Source: Sphingomonadaceae bacterium
GTDB lineage: Bacteria > Pseudomonadota > Alphaproteobacteria > Sphingomonadales > Sphingomonadaceae
Assembly (NCBI GenBank): GCA_041916635.1
Contig: JAYRZE010000001.1
Location: 2,860,949 to 2,924,948 of the forward strand
DNA length: 64,000 nucleotides
Reading direction: 5' to 3'
Under the pieces are notes generated by a model. It saw nothing but the letters and a program-made list of their open reading frames with translations, made no database searches and was not told the origin of the DNA. Numbering within the stretch: the first letter of the stretch is position 1; every line of letters starts with the position of its first letter. The position numbers and the translations under genes are program-made. Of the stretch, positions 1 through 10,255 are shown piece by piece.

Positions 1-708
1 GACCGGAGCCAGTCTTGACTTCATCGTTCCCAGATAAAAGGCCAGCGCGCGCCGAAACCCCGGGCTACGGAAATTGCCATAGCGGCCATCGTCACGCAGC
101 ATTTCATCCGGTTGCTGAAGACCAAGGACGATCAGCGGTTCATATTCATTGAGCGGGAGGAAAGCTGCATATTTCTTCGGTCCGACAAGCTTGCGGATCG
201 CCACCATCTGCCGGCGCCACTCATCCCAGTCTTGCGGCGCGCGTGAAAAACCGGCCTGTGCGAGCAAGTCACGACGATAAAACAGCAGGCGCGTATCGAC
301 ATACCACGGCACGCCATACTGCCGGCCATCGACGATGTTCGAATCCCACACGCCTTGAAAATAGTCCGCACGCTCAATTTCGGGCGTAGCTTGCAATCGT
401 GAATCAAGCGGGCTCAGCGCGCCCAAAGCGACAAATTCCGGAACCCAACTGTTGCCGAGCTGCGCCATATCCGGAAGCGAATCTCCAGCAAAGGCCGTCA
501 GCAGCTTTTCGTGTGCGGCGGTAAACGGGATTTGCTGTATCCTGACGGTTATTCCATGATTTTCGCGTTCAAAGCCGGGGATGAGACTGCCGATGACTTC
601 ACCCTCGCGCCCCATTCCCCAGATCGTAAGGACAGTCTTCTCCGGTGCGCTGCTGCAGCTTCCAAGACTCAGCGCGATCAGCATCCGGAAAAGGACAGCA
701 AGTCTCAT
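1..708 (-). CDS. Sugar ABC transporter substrate-binding lipoprotein (runs off left edge)
   Basis: Not in the ORF track because it has no stop in the window. Manual translation from ATG 708: MRLAVLFRMLIALSLGSC (lipobox)...LTIWGMGREGE...QQIPFTAAHEKLLTAFAGDSLPDMAQLGNSWVPEF...PWYVDTRLLFYRRD. ATGA overlap with the upstream hydrolase. Confidence 0.9.
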   Translation of the reverse strand, partial: MRLAVLFRMLIALSLGSCSSAPEKTVLTIWGMGREGEVIGSLIPGFERENHGITVRIQQIPFTAAHEKLLTAFAGDSLPDMAQLGNSWVPEFVALGALSPLDSRLQATPEIERADYFQGVWDSNIVDGRQYGVPWYVDTRLLFYRRDLLAQAGFSRAPQDWDEWRRQMVAIRKLVGPKKYAAFLPLNEYEPLIVLGLQQPDEMLRDDGRYGNFRSPGFRRALAFYLGTMKSRLAPV

Positions 709-2111
709 CCCAGCCAGCCGCCCTTGAAACCGGCGCGTTCCAGTCCGCGTCGGATATAAACATTTTTGCGCATCGTCGCCCACACCAAGCCGGTCCGCCA
801 GTTTTCAATACCGACAACGATCGGGCCTTGATCGATGCCCAGGTAGTCGGGGCCGATCCAGCCCGCGCCCGGTGCGATCCGTCCATGGTCGAGCCGGGCC
901 GAAGGATCAGTGAGCGTAGGGTTGAAGGCATCAAGGAACCCATATTGGCCGTAAACGGCCGAGCCATAGGCGCGGTGGAGCGCTTCGACCGCAGGCAGAG
1001 CGATCTCCGGCGCAAAAGCGAGAGCGGTCACGGCAGCCGTTGGCGCGATCGTCCCGTCGTCACGCGAACCCGGCCCTCGCTCCGCATAGCCGAAGAACTG
1101 CCGTTCACGCCCGCCGATCGTCCGTTTGAAATCGCCCGGGCCATCACACGCCGTGATCCCCCAGATGTCGTCGCCATAGCCCGCGAATCCGCCGGGGTTT
1201 GCTACGGCATAGGCTCGCTGGGCATGGGTGGCGCGGCGACTATTCTCGAAATAGTCGATGCCCTTGGCCTTCATGTATTTGTCGGCGACACCTCGAAAAT
1301 CCACCCAGAGATGGCTGTACTGGTGCACGAACAAGGGCGGATACTGGATATGCGGTCGCCCCCATTTGCTGCCCCATTGCGGCTCGAATCGCGCAGTCCA
1401 CTGGTCCCAGCACTCCGGTTCAATGGGATGATCGGGTGAGGCAAGTGCAAGCAGATAAATCAGCATGCACTCGCTGTATGTATCCCAGTCGGCGTCAATG
1501 AACCCGCTCTCGGGGTGCCACCCCATAGAAACAAAGGGCGATCGGGGAGAGGCCCAGCGCCAGTCGACCCTTGCATAGATACTATCGACCAGCGAGCGGA
1601 TGCGGCGCTCATCCAGATCGTCGCCATCGAACCAGCTTTGCGCGAACAGCATGCCGGCAATGAGCAACGCCGTGTCGATCGTCGAAAGCTCGACCGAGCG
1701 GTAACGCTCTCCACTGTGCATATCGAGAAAATGATAGAAGAGACCGTTATGGCCCGTAACGCCACGCGCTCCATCGCCCTGTGGCGCTTGGGAAAAAAAT
1801 AGCAGCGTGGTCAGCGTGCGCTCGCGGGCCTCAGCTCTCGTGATCCACCGATTAGCAACGCCAATCGGATAGGCCGTCAGCGCAAATCCGACCGCAGCGA
1901 TGCTGCTGAAGGAAGGTGAGGGCCAGCGGTCGGGAACCAGCCCGTTCTCAGGATTTGCCGTTTCCCAGAAGAAACGAAAGCTCCGCTCTTGCACGTCCTT
2001 GGCCAGCCGCACCCCGTCTCGCGGTATGGTACGCGCGGAAACCGTGCAGCCGGTTCCAAGCGCTGCGAGGAACAGCCCCGATCCTTCCAACAATTCGCGG
2101 CGGGTGTGCAT
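705..2111 (-). CDS. Tat-exported glucoamylase-family glycoside hydrolase (GH144 endo-beta-1,2-glucanase-like)
   Basis: RRELL twin-arginine signal. Motifs GLVPDRWP, SIAAVGFALTAYPIG, GLFYHFLD, ELSTIDTALL, PLFVHQYSH, YGFLDAFN, GIDQGP. Family assigned from remembered motifs. Confidence 0.75.
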   Translation of the reverse strand: MHTRRELLEGSGLFLAALGTGCTVSARTIPRDGVRLAKDVQERSFRFFWETANPENGLVPDRWPSPSFSSIAAVGFALTAYPIGVANRWITRAEARERTLTTLLFFSQAPQGDGARGVTGHNGLFYHFLDMHSGERYRSVELSTIDTALLIAGMLFAQSWFDGDDLDERRIRSLVDSIYARVDWRWASPRSPFVSMGWHPESGFIDADWDTYSECMLIYLLALASPDHPIEPECWDQWTARFEPQWGSKWGRPHIQYPPLFVHQYSHLWVDFRGVADKYMKAKGIDYFENSRRATHAQRAYAVANPGGFAGYGDDIWGITACDGPGDFKRTIGGRERQFFGYAERGPGSRDDGTIAPTAAVTALAFAPEIALPAVEALHRAYGSAVYGQYGFLDAFNPTLTDPSARLDHGRIAPGAGWIGPDYLGIDQGPIVVGIENWRTGLVWATMRKNVYIRRGLERAGFKGGWLG

Positions 2112-2188
2112 GAACTCTCCTTTTGCCGGTCAACGCTCTTGCGCGGTGGCGGAGGCGGATGCGACGTAAAGCGTGTTTCGGACCGCTC

Positions 2189-3229
2189 TCACGCCACTCC
2201 CCCACTTTTCGGCGCCTGCCTTCGACTGTTCGTCAGCGATCGATCGGTCGAGCCACGAACGACCAGTTCGGGTGCAAGGTGCTCGTGCTCATCAATCGCC
2301 CCGGCCTTTCCTTCGATGGCTTCCACCAGTCGATCCAGCGCCCGACCACCAAGTTCGGCAATATGAACACGCATCGTGCTCAAGCCGGGAGTGACGTAGC
2401 GCGCAATCGGAACATCGTCGAAGCCGATTACCGCGACATCAGCGGGCACGGCGACACCAGCCTCGATCAAGGCGGTCATGCATCCGATCGCCATAATGTC
2501 GTTTGCAGAAAACACGCCGTCAACGCCGGTGCCGAGGATCGCGCGCCCTGCAGCAACTCCCGCTTCTTCGGAGAAATCGCCTGACAGGATAACAGGGGCG
2601 CCCTCCCCCGCCAGTTGAGCCATAGCCTCGCGAAACCCCGTTGCACGCTCTTCGGCATCGGTATTTCCTTTCGGGCCTGCCAGGTGAGCGATACGGCGGC
2701 AGCCTTGTGCAACAAGGTGCGCAACGGCGCCGTATGCACCGGCCTTGTTGTCGATCGAAATCGAGGCGTGCCCACTGCCGTCTGCCGGACCGTTCATAAT
2801 GACAGCCGGAAATCCTTTTGGCAGATTGTCGGACAAAAAATCCGGATCAAGTTGCGGTGACATGACCAGAAGCCCATCGACGCGCCCGCGCATGGCCCGA
2901 AGCGCCGCCGCCGTTTCCTTGGCATTGCCATGCATGTTGGAAAGCAGGAGCTGAAGCCCCCGCCGGTGCGCGGCAAAATCAATGCCACGAATGATCTCCG
3001 AAAAGAACTCGCCGAAGAGATCGGGGAGGACGACACCGATCGTATTCGATCGCCGTGTTGCGAGGCTTCGCGCACCCAGATGCGGTACATAGTCCAGCGA
3101 CGCCGCAGCCTCGAGAACCTTGGCGCGGGTCGCATCGGTAACATTGGCGTGCCCGTTGAGCGCCCGGGAAGCCGAAGCGACCGAGACCGACGCAATCCGT
3201 GCAACATCCCTGATCGTTACGGTTGCCAT
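2189..3229 (-). CDS. LacI-family transcriptional regulator
   Basis: N-terminal TIRDVARIASVSVASASRALNG helix-turn-helix, followed by a periplasmic-binding-fold effector domain ending in VIGFDD...LVVRGST. Confidence 0.97.
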   Translation of the reverse strand: MATVTIRDVARIASVSVASASRALNGHANVTDATRAKVLEAAASLDYVPHLGARSLATRRSNTIGVVLPDLFGEFFSEIIRGIDFAAHRRGLQLLLSNMHGNAKETAAALRAMRGRVDGLLVMSPQLDPDFLSDNLPKGFPAVIMNGPADGSGHASISIDNKAGAYGAVAHLVAQGCRRIAHLAGPKGNTDAEERATGFREAMAQLAGEGAPVILSGDFSEEAGVAAGRAILGTGVDGVFSANDIMAIGCMTALIEAGVAVPADVAVIGFDDVPIARYVTPGLSTMRVHIAELGGRALDRLVEAIEGKAGAIDEHEHLAPELVVRGSTDRSLTNSRRQAPKSGGVA

Positions 3230-3302
3230 CGACGTCCCATCCCTCTCGTCTTGCTCCGCTCGACCACCGCCCTAAGCGCCTGCTGCATGCCGCGTAAATA
3301 AA

Positions 3303-3316
3303 TGTAACCGTTTCCA
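3303..3316. promoter_or_regulatory. LacI-type operator upstream of lacI
   Basis: TGTAACCGTTTCCA fits the TGNAANCGNTTNCA palindrome and is 13/14 identical to the site at 4572. Confidence 0.75.
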
Positions 3317-3359
3317 TGAACGATTGGCAAGAGGCTCGAAGCGAAGGCAGGGCACAATG

Positions 3360-4469
3360 TCATGCCGCCGCGCTCACGCGTTGGACACGCCCGCGGTCAA
3401 AGGCCTTTCCTGCTGAATCGAACAGGTAAAGATGGTCGGGAGGCAAGGAAACCCCGACCGGGACATCGACACCTCGCCGCGCGCAAAGGGCGCAGATCAA
3501 AGGCTCGTCCTCACCCACAATTTCGAGATATCCAAAGTGCGTACTGCCCAGCGATTCGACGAGCCTTACGGTGGCGTCTATCCGATTCAGGTCGTCGTCA
3601 AGAACGATATGCTCCGGTCGGATCCCAAGCGTTACCCGAGATTCTGGCGCTGCCCGGCTCGCATCGATTCCGGTCCTGATTTCCGTACCGTTCGCCAGGC
3701 GGACAACCGCACCGGTCTCGTTGTTCGAGACAAGCGTCGCGGACAACAGATTCATCTTTGGCGATCCGATGAACCCGGCGACAAAGACCGTATCCGGATG
3801 GGCATAAAGTTCGTCCGGAGTCCCTACCTGTTCAATCCGGCCAGCCGAAAGCACGACGATCTTGTCTGCAAGCGTCATGGCCTCGACCTGGTCATGGGTG
3901 ACATAGATCATTGTCGTTCCAAGTGTTTTGTGAAGCGCGGCGAACTCGTATCGCATCCGCACTCGCAGCGCGGCGTCAAGGTTGGAGAGCGGCTCATCGA
4001 ACAGGAATACCTGCGGCTTGCGGACAATAGCCCGACCAATGGCGACGCGTTGGCGCTGCCCCCCCGAAAGCTGGCGCGGCTTGCGGTCAAGCAAGTGCCC
4101 GATGTCGAGCGTCGCTGCTGCACCTTGGACAAACGTCTCGATTTCCTCGCGCGGCAGCCCTTGGAGTTTCAGTGCGAAAGCCATGTTTTCGCGTACCGTC
4201 ATGTGGGGGTAGAGCGCGTAAGACTGGAAGACCATCGCAATGCCGCGATCCGCGGGCGCCACACCATTGACCACACGACCGCCGATTTCGACCTCACCAC
4301 TGGTAAGCTCTTCCAATCCGGCAATCACTCTCAGAAGTGTTGACTTGCCGCACCCCGAAGGGCCGACGAACACGACAAAAGCACCATCCTCGATCTCGAG
4401 ATTGATGTCGCGAAGCACTTCCACAGCCCCGAAGGCTTTCGATCCGTTCGTTAGCCTAACCTTTGCCAA
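3360..4469 (-). CDS. Sugar ABC transporter ATP-binding protein (MalK/MsmK type)
   Basis: Walker [20 protein letters not shown] signature, [12 protein letters not shown]-like C-terminus. Start moved to TTG 4469, which follows a GGAGAGG RBS. Confidence 0.95.
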   Translation of the reverse strand: MAKVRLTNGSKAFGAVEVLRDINLEIEDGAFVVFVGPSGCGKSTLLRVIAGLEELTSGEVEIGGRVVNGVAPADRGIAMVFQSYALYPHMTVRENMAFALKLQGLPREEIETFVQGAAATLDIGHLLDRKPRQLSGGQRQRVAIGRAIVRKPQVFLFDEPLSNLDAALRVRMRYEFAALHKTLGTTMIYVTHDQVEAMTLADKIVVLSAGRIEQVGTPDELYAHPDTVFVAGFIGSPKMNLLSATLVSNNETGAVVRLANGTEIRTGIDASRAAPESRVTLGIRPEHIVLDDDLNRIDATVRLVESLGSTHFGYLEIVGEDEPLICALCARRGVDVPVGVSLPPDHLYLFDSAGKAFDRGRVQRVSAAA

Positions 4470-4571
4470 CCGCCCTCTCCCGCCGGCGCTCGCCCATACG
4501 CTTTCTATTCCGGCTGCGAGTGACGAACCACCATCGCCGGATTGCGCATTATCTGCTTTGGTATCGTCGCA

Positions 4572-4585
4572 TGTAACCGGTTCCA
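4572..4585. promoter_or_regulatory. LacI-type operator between the divergent ABC ATPase and esterase genes
   Basis: TGTAACCGGTTCCA, a near-perfect palindrome and near copy of 3303-3316. Confidence 0.75.
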
Positions 4586-4663
4586 CTACAAGCAATATGA
4601 TATTTGTTGACCGGAGCGGTAGAAGTGGCTGAGCCTCAAAGCCGATTCTCGGTGGGATATGCG

Positions 4664-6673
4664 ATGAGAACCCAAATTTTCGAAAGAGGTCGTTGCTTCG
4701 GTGCGGATACGTTCCGTGTTCGCGCGTTGGTCATGCTGGCCTCACTCCTGTCCTTGCTCCCGACGAACGCTAACGCCGCCGATAGCCCTCGGTTCGCAAG
4801 AATTTTCGGCGATCACGCGGTATTGCAACGCGACCGTCAAGTGCACGTTTGGGGGACGGGCGCCCCGTCCAAGCGACTGACGATCCGCCTTGAGAATGCG
4901 AGCGTGTCTGTAGCGACCGGAACTGACGGACAATGGGAGGCTGATCTCCCGGCGATGAAGGCCGGTGGCCCATTCACAATGAGCGTCGAGGACGACGAGG
5001 GCCACAAGACCAGCCTTGATGACATCATGGTCGGAGACGTCTTCCTCTGCTCCGGTCAGTCGAACATGGAGTTCCTCGTCAAATACGCAACGGGCACATG
5101 GGGCGGAGCTTTCATGCCAATCAACCCAAAGCTGAGATTCACCACCATAGCCCGAGACAGTCAACTGGCCCCTCTGAAGGATCTTGGCAGTCCGGCGGTC
5201 TGGCAAATTGCCGGGCCAGCGACGACCGGAGACACTTCGGCAGTCTGCTACTTCATGGCGAGCAGCATCCAGGAACGCCAGAACGTCCCGGTCGGGATGA
5301 TCAGCAGCAGTTGGGGCGGTACGATAGCTCAGGCGTGGATCAGCGCCTCGGGGTTGCGCACGCTGAAATCCTATGACGCAGGGCTTGATGCGCTTGAGAC
5401 GTATGCAAGATCGCCGGAAACTGCCATGGCCTCATGGACTAGAAAAGCGTTGGACGGGTGGCAGGAAAGCGAGCCGGACGCTGCGCAGCACGCTCTCTGG
5501 ATCTCGCCGAAATTTGCAGACGGTGACTGGGGAAGACTGCTGGCATCCGGAAGCTGGGAGGAGTCAGGCCGCCCCGATCTTGCCAGCTATGACGGAATTG
5601 TCTGGTATCGCCAGACTATCACGCTTTCGAAGGCCGAAGCCGATTCAGCGGCTGCGATCAGCCTTGGCCCGATCGACGATTCAGATGTGACGTGGATAAA
5701 CGGCAAGGCTATCGGCGCTGGCAACGGATGGCAGACGCCGCGCAATTATCGGGTGCCACGCGGCACCTTGAAGGCTGGAAAGAATGTCGTCGCCGTCCGG
5801 GTGCTCGACACAGGCGGCGGTGGCGGATTGTGGGGAAAGCCCGAAGACCGAAAACTCCTGTTCGCCGACGGCACATCCCGGCCACTCGATGCGGAATGGC
5901 GCTACCGCATTGGCGGCCAACCGAAGTCAGGCGGCAGACTGCCGAACGAACCCTGGGCAAAGCCGAACGGCCTTGCCAACCTCTACAATGCGATGATTGC
6001 CCCAATCGCGCCCTATCAGATCAAGGCCGTTGCCTGGTACCAGGGTGAATCCAACGCCTATGATCCGGCTGAATATGGTCGGCTGCTTCCCGCATTGATG
6101 CGCGATTGGCGCACGGCCTTCCGCGAGCCGGAGCTACCCTTCCTGATCGTTCAGCTCGCCGCGTTCGGATCCGTTGCGACGCGACCAGTCGAATCGAATT
6201 GGGCCGCATTGCGCGATGTCCAACGTCGCGTTGTGAGCGCCGACCCCCATGCCGCGCTGACGGTCAGCATCGATTTCGGCGACCGGTCCGACATCCACCC
6301 TGCGCAGAAAACGATCATCGGCCAGAGGCTCGCGCGCAACGCCCGCGCGGTTGTCTATGGTGAGACCATAACGCCGGGCGGCCCTGAACCGACACGCGTG
6401 GTGCGCTCCGGCAACGACCTTGTCATGCATTTCAGAAATGCCAATGGCGGACTCAGGACGTACAGTTCGAACATGGCAATTGGCTTTGAAGTGTGCGCGG
6501 TCAGCTGCACCTATGTCCCGGCCACAGCCAAAGATGACACCGTCATTCTCGAAGACGCGAATGCCCCCGGTGCCCGCAGGGTTCGCTATGCTTGGGCGAA
6601 CTCGCCGGTCACCAACCTCTACAGCGCCGACGATCTGCCTGCCACTCCGTTCGAGCTGGAGATCGATCCCTGA
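4664..6673 (+). CDS. Secreted sialate O-acetylesterase (SASA/SGNH) family protein with an inserted jelly-roll domain
   Basis: [20 protein letters not shown] and DIHP catalytic motifs, signal peptide ending ANA-AD, central [17 protein letters not shown] module. The start could be 4664 or the later Met. Confidence 0.9.
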   Translation: MRTQIFERGRCFGADTFRVRALVMLASLLSLLPTNANAADSPRFARIFGDHAVLQRDRQVHVWGTGAPSKRLTIRLENASVSVATGTDGQWEADLPAMKAGGPFTMSVEDDEGHKTSLDDIMVGDVFLCSGQSNMEFLVKYATGTWGGAFMPINPKLRFTTIARDSQLAPLKDLGSPAVWQIAGPATTGDTSAVCYFMASSIQERQNVPVGMISSSWGGTIAQAWISASGLRTLKSYDAGLDALETYARSPETAMASWTRKALDGWQESEPDAAQHALWISPKFADGDWGRLLASGSWEESGRPDLASYDGIVWYRQTITLSKAEADSAAAISLGPIDDSDVTWINGKAIGAGNGWQTPRNYRVPRGTLKAGKNVVAVRVLDTGGGGGLWGKPEDRKLLFADGTSRPLDAEWRYRIGGQPKSGGRLPNEPWAKPNGLANLYNAMIAPIAPYQIKAVAWYQGESNAYDPAEYGRLLPALMRDWRTAFREPELPFLIVQLAAFGSVATRPVESNWAALRDVQRRVVSADPHAALTVSIDFGDRSDIHPAQKTIIGQRLARNARAVVYGETITPGGPEPTRVVRSGNDLVMHFRNANGGLRTYSSNMAIGFEVCAVSCTYVPATAKDDTVILEDANAPGARRVRYAWANSPVTNLYSADDLPATPFELEIDP

Positions 6674-6680
6674 CCGATCG

Positions 6681-7268
6681 CTAGGCCGCTTCCTTTTCCT
6701 TCTTGTAGATGCTGTTCAGCGGAAACTCGAAAAGCCGCATGACCATAGGTTCGAAGAATTCGAGCGGGGCCGTATCATAAGCCGGATCGAAGGCCGGGCA
6801 GTCGTATTTGTCGATGAACTCGGCAGTCGCCTCAAAATGGGAATGGCCGCGAAACCGCTCGCGCATGTTCCGGTCGAGCCCCAGATAGTGGAAGAAATTG
6901 TATCCTTGGAAGATGCCATGATGCTCGACAATCCAGTGGAGTTCCTCGGAAACGAAGGGCTTCAGGATCGCTGCGGCAATGTCCGGATGGTTATAGGCGC
7001 CAAGCGTATCTCCGATATCGTGGAGCAGCGCCATCACGACATAGTCTTCGCTCCGCCCGTCGCGATGCGCGCGGGTCGCGGTCTGAAGACAATGCTGCAG
7101 CCGGTCGATCGCGAAACCACCATAGTCTCCGCCGAGCAGCTTTAGGTGATCGAGCACGCGCCGCCCGCCGCTGCGCGAAAAGGGAACGGCGTACGTCATG
7201 ATCGTGTCCCAGTCCTGCTGGGTGCTTTCGCTCATGTCGTGGAATGTTGCGCGCGCGCCTTCGGACAT
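6681..7268 (-). CDS. HD-domain metalloprotein (PhnZ-like branch)
   Basis: DRLQHCLQTAT, ALLHDIG, NHPD, VEHHGIFQG and a terminal Asp give the HD-domain metal-ligand pattern. Confidence 0.8.
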   Translation of the reverse strand: MSEGARATFHDMSESTQQDWDTIMTYAVPFSRSGGRRVLDHLKLLGGDYGGFAIDRLQHCLQTATRAHRDGRSEDYVVMALLHDIGDTLGAYNHPDIAAAILKPFVSEELHWIVEHHGIFQGYNFFHYLGLDRNMRERFRGHSHFEATAEFIDKYDCPAFDPAYDTAPLEFFEPMVMRLFEFPLNSIYKKEKEAA

Positions 7269-7353
7269 TGTGGCATCTCCTTATCGTTGCACTGAGCATA
7301 ACGCGCGACCGGGGCGGCTTCAATCCGCTGCCGAATTGGGTTAGGACGAAGCC

Positions 7354-8439
7354 ATGGAAATACCCGGGCTGCGTTCCCAACCCTTTTTCGACGACAAGAA
7401 CCGGGCGTTCTGGATGCTCCAATCGGCAGGTTGGACCTTCTACCTGATGCTACGCATGGCCTCCGGCATCGGCAATGGCGTCAGCCTGTCGTTTATCATT
7501 CCCGTGCTGGTTTCGGCAGCGGCTGGCTATTCCATCACGCTGGTCATGGGCGCGATTTTCCGGTCGCTGATCAACCGTAAACCGATCGCCACCTGGGGGG
7601 GGTCCGTCATCGTCGTGATGGCCGCAGTGGCCGCATATTCGGCAATCGATGCCTGGATGTTCAACATGATGAACCGGGAAGGCGCAGGCTTCAACGGCTC
7701 TCTTTTCCTTGGTTCAGTAACGATCAACACGCTGCTGCTCGGCGCATGGTCCGCGCTCTACTACGGCATCAATTTCTACCTGATCGTCGAGAAGCAGGCG
7801 GACCAGCTCGCCGCCCTTGAGAGCCAGGCGACGTCAGCGCAACTCGCGATGCTGCGCTACCAGCTCAACCCGCATTTCCTGTTCAACACACTGAACTCGA
7901 TCTCGACTCTCGTCCTTCTGAAGCAGACCGAGCGCGCCAATGCGATGCTTTCGCGGCTGTCGTCCTTCCTGCGCTACACGCTGGTTTACGAGCCGACCGC
8001 GCAAGTGACGCTCGCCCAGGAAGTGGAAACGCTGAAGCTCTATCTCGAGATCGAGAAGATGCGGTTCGAAGACCGGTTGCGGCCCAGGTTCGAAATCGAC
8101 AACGCGGCCGCCAAGGCGCGCCTGCCATCGCTCCTTCTGCAACCTCTGGTTGAAAATGCCATCAAATATGCTGTAACACCGCAGGAAGAAGGCGCGGACA
8201 TAAGTGTCGAGGCACGGCTGGTCGGAGATCGCGTGCAGATTACCGTATCCGACACAGGGAGCGGGTTGAACGGCGCAGTCCAGCGCCCGAATGCATCAAC
8301 AGGGGTGGGCCTTGCGAACATCCGCGACCGGCTGGCGCAAGCCTATGGCGAGGATCAACGCATTGAATTCGGCAACCAGGCGGGCGGAGGATTTTCAGTA
8401 ATGATCGACATTCCGTACCGCGAGCAGGAAACAGCATGA
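7354..8439 (+). CDS. LytS/YehU-family membrane sensor histidine kinase
   Basis: Four N-terminal TM segments, LRYQLNPHFLFNTLNSIS, LQPLVENAIKYA, GVGLANIRDRL. Confidence 0.95.
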   Translation: MEIPGLRSQPFFDDKNRAFWMLQSAGWTFYLMLRMASGIGNGVSLSFIIPVLVSAAAGYSITLVMGAIFRSLINRKPIATWGGSVIVVMAAVAAYSAIDAWMFNMMNREGAGFNGSLFLGSVTINTLLLGAWSALYYGINFYLIVEKQADQLAALESQATSAQLAMLRYQLNPHFLFNTLNSISTLVLLKQTERANAMLSRLSSFLRYTLVYEPTAQVTLAQEVETLKLYLEIEKMRFEDRLRPRFEIDNAAAKARLPSLLLQPLVENAIKYAVTPQEEGADISVEARLVGDRVQITVSDTGSGLNGAVQRPNASTGVGLANIRDRLAQAYGEDQRIEFGNQAGGGFSVMIDIPYREQETA

Positions 8440-9236
8440 CCATCCGTACAATCCTCGTCGATGACGAGAAACTCGCGATCCAGGGCCTTCAGTTGCGGCT
8501 CGAGGCACATCCCGATGTCGAAGTGATCGACACCTGTCTCAACGGCCGCGAAGCCATCCGTTCGATCAAGACGCACAAGCCGGACCTTGTCTTTCTCGAT
8601 ATCCAAATGCCGGGTTTCGATGGTTTTTCGGTCGTTTCAGGCCTGATGGAGGTCGAGCCGCCATTGTTTGTTTTCGTGACCGCCTATTCGGATCACGCAA
8701 TCCGCGCCTTCGAGGCCCAGGCAACCGATTACCTGATGAAGCCGGTCGAGCAGGAGCGGCTTGCCGACACGATGGAACGCGTCCGCCAGCGGCTCGCCGA
8801 GAAGCGCGGCGTCGAAGAAGCCGAGCGACTGAAGGAAGTGCTCGCCGAACACGCCCCCGAGGCGCATGAGGAACTGGTCGATGCGTCCGACACCCTGGCC
8901 GTCAACCGCTATGAGAAGATGATCAATATCAAGGATCAGGGCCAGATCTTCCGCGTCGAGGTCGACAGTATCGAGCGGATCGATGCGGCGGGCGACTATA
9001 TGTGCATCTATACCGGCGGCGACACGCTGATCCTCCGCGAAACGATGAAGGACCTCGAAAAGCGGCTCGACCCGCGAAAATTCCAACGCGTCCACCGCTC
9101 GACGATCGTCAATCTCGACCTCGTCAAGCAAGTGAAGCCGCACACGAATGGCGAATGTTTCCTGGTGCTCGAATCGGGCGCACAGGTTAAGGTCAGCCGC
9201 AGTTACCGGGACGTGGTGGCGCGCTTCGTCCACTGA
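8436..9236 (+). CDS. LytTR-family response regulator
   Basis: Receiver domain (VDDE, FLDIQMP, DYLMKP) plus LytTR domain (FQRVHRSTIVNL, VSRSY). ATGA overlap with the kinase. Confidence 0.97.
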   Translation: MTIRTILVDDEKLAIQGLQLRLEAHPDVEVIDTCLNGREAIRSIKTHKPDLVFLDIQMPGFDGFSVVSGLMEVEPPLFVFVTAYSDHAIRAFEAQATDYLMKPVEQERLADTMERVRQRLAEKRGVEEAERLKEVLAEHAPEAHEELVDASDTLAVNRYEKMINIKDQGQIFRVEVDSIERIDAAGDYMCIYTGGDTLILRETMKDLEKRLDPRKFQRVHRSTIVNLDLVKQVKPHTNGECFLVLESGAQVKVSRSYRDVVARFVH

Positions 9237-9266
9237 GGCCCCGTCCTTTGACCGAAAGGATTGAAG

Positions 9267-9902
9267 ATGCGCAACAGACAATTGTTCGGTACGTGCCTCA
9301 CACTGTCATTTTGCCTTGGCTTGGCGGCGTGCGGATCCGGCGAAACGCCCAGCTCTTCGACGAGTGAAGCCAACACCGAGGTGCCGGCCGAGACGGTCGA
9401 AATTGCGGCATCTTTTCCTGAAAGTCTGAGGGTGATCGGCGACGGCTATCCGGCGAGTGGCGGCTTATGTCGACGATTGGGCGAAAGCGCTGCCACTTCA
9501 GACTGGCTGGATGCAAGCGCAATACTGGTTGGCTGTCCGACCGAAAGCTCGGCTAAGACCCTCGGAGGGAAGATAGTCGGCAAGGTGGAAGGCATCACGG
9601 TCGTCTCCATACCGACGGGCGACGAGAATGCCGGGATGGATGAAGGCGCCCCCAGGACCGCGTCAGTAGCAACTGCGCCGAAGGACATCATCCGCGGAAA
9701 AGGTGGCCTGGAAGACAAGTGCAAGGCTGCGGTTGCGAAACAGGGAGCCATTGTGACGGGGACCAACCACATTGAAGAATCCGAAGCAGCCATCGGCATT
9801 TATGTGAATGCGAAAGACGCTACCGCACCTTGGCGTTGCCTTGGCTACAAGGACGGATCGATCGGCGACGTCGAATTCACCGGCAGCGAAGGAGCGCTCT
9901 GA
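9267..9902 (+). CDS. Hypothetical lipoprotein
   Basis: Lipobox LAAC and two small Cys-pair domains. AGGA RBS upstream. Confidence 0.75.
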   Translation: MRNRQLFGTCLTLSFCLGLAACGSGETPSSSTSEANTEVPAETVEIAASFPESLRVIGDGYPASGGLCRRLGESAATSDWLDASAILVGCPTESSAKTLGGKIVGKVEGITVVSIPTGDENAGMDEGAPRTASVATAPKDIIRGKGGLEDKCKAAVAKQGAIVTGTNHIEESEAAIGIYVNAKDATAPWRCLGYKDGSIGDVEFTGSEGAL

Positions 9903-9960
9903 TCGCTGGCGCTCGGTTCGGCCCGAAGCCTGCGACACGTCAAATGCTGGAGGAATTGGC

Positions 9961-10197
9961 ATGAAATGGGCTTTCCTGGTCTTCGCGGGTCTCTATGCAA
10001 TCGCACTATTGCTTCTCCTGATCGGGACTTTCGGCTGGTTCGGGCAGGAGAAAGATCCGCTTTCAGCCGCGTTCCTCCTGCCGTTGGGGCTGCCCTGGAA
10101 TGTGGTGGCGGATCGCATCGGGCTACCAGGAGTGCCGAGCCTTCTCGTCGCCCCAGCCATCAATGCGGGAATACTCTTTTGGCTCTGGAAACGTTGA
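9961..10197 (+). CDS. Small hypothetical membrane protein
   Basis: GGAGGA RBS, MKWAFLVFAGLY..., mostly hydrophobic, 78 aa. Confidence 0.7.
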   Translation: MKWAFLVFAGLYAIALLLLLIGTFGWFGQEKDPLSAAFLLPLGLPWNVVADRIGLPGVPSLLVAPAINAGILFWLWKR

Positions 10198-10255
10198 GGG
10201 CATTCGTACAATGGGGGGCGGCCCGGGATGCATTTGTGCGGACGGTTGGCCTATC

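Noticed and set aside
132-407. 91-aa minus-strand ORF in the track
   Set aside because: It is an alternative frame inside the ABC substrate-binding protein gene (708 to beyond the left edge), which has clear family motifs.
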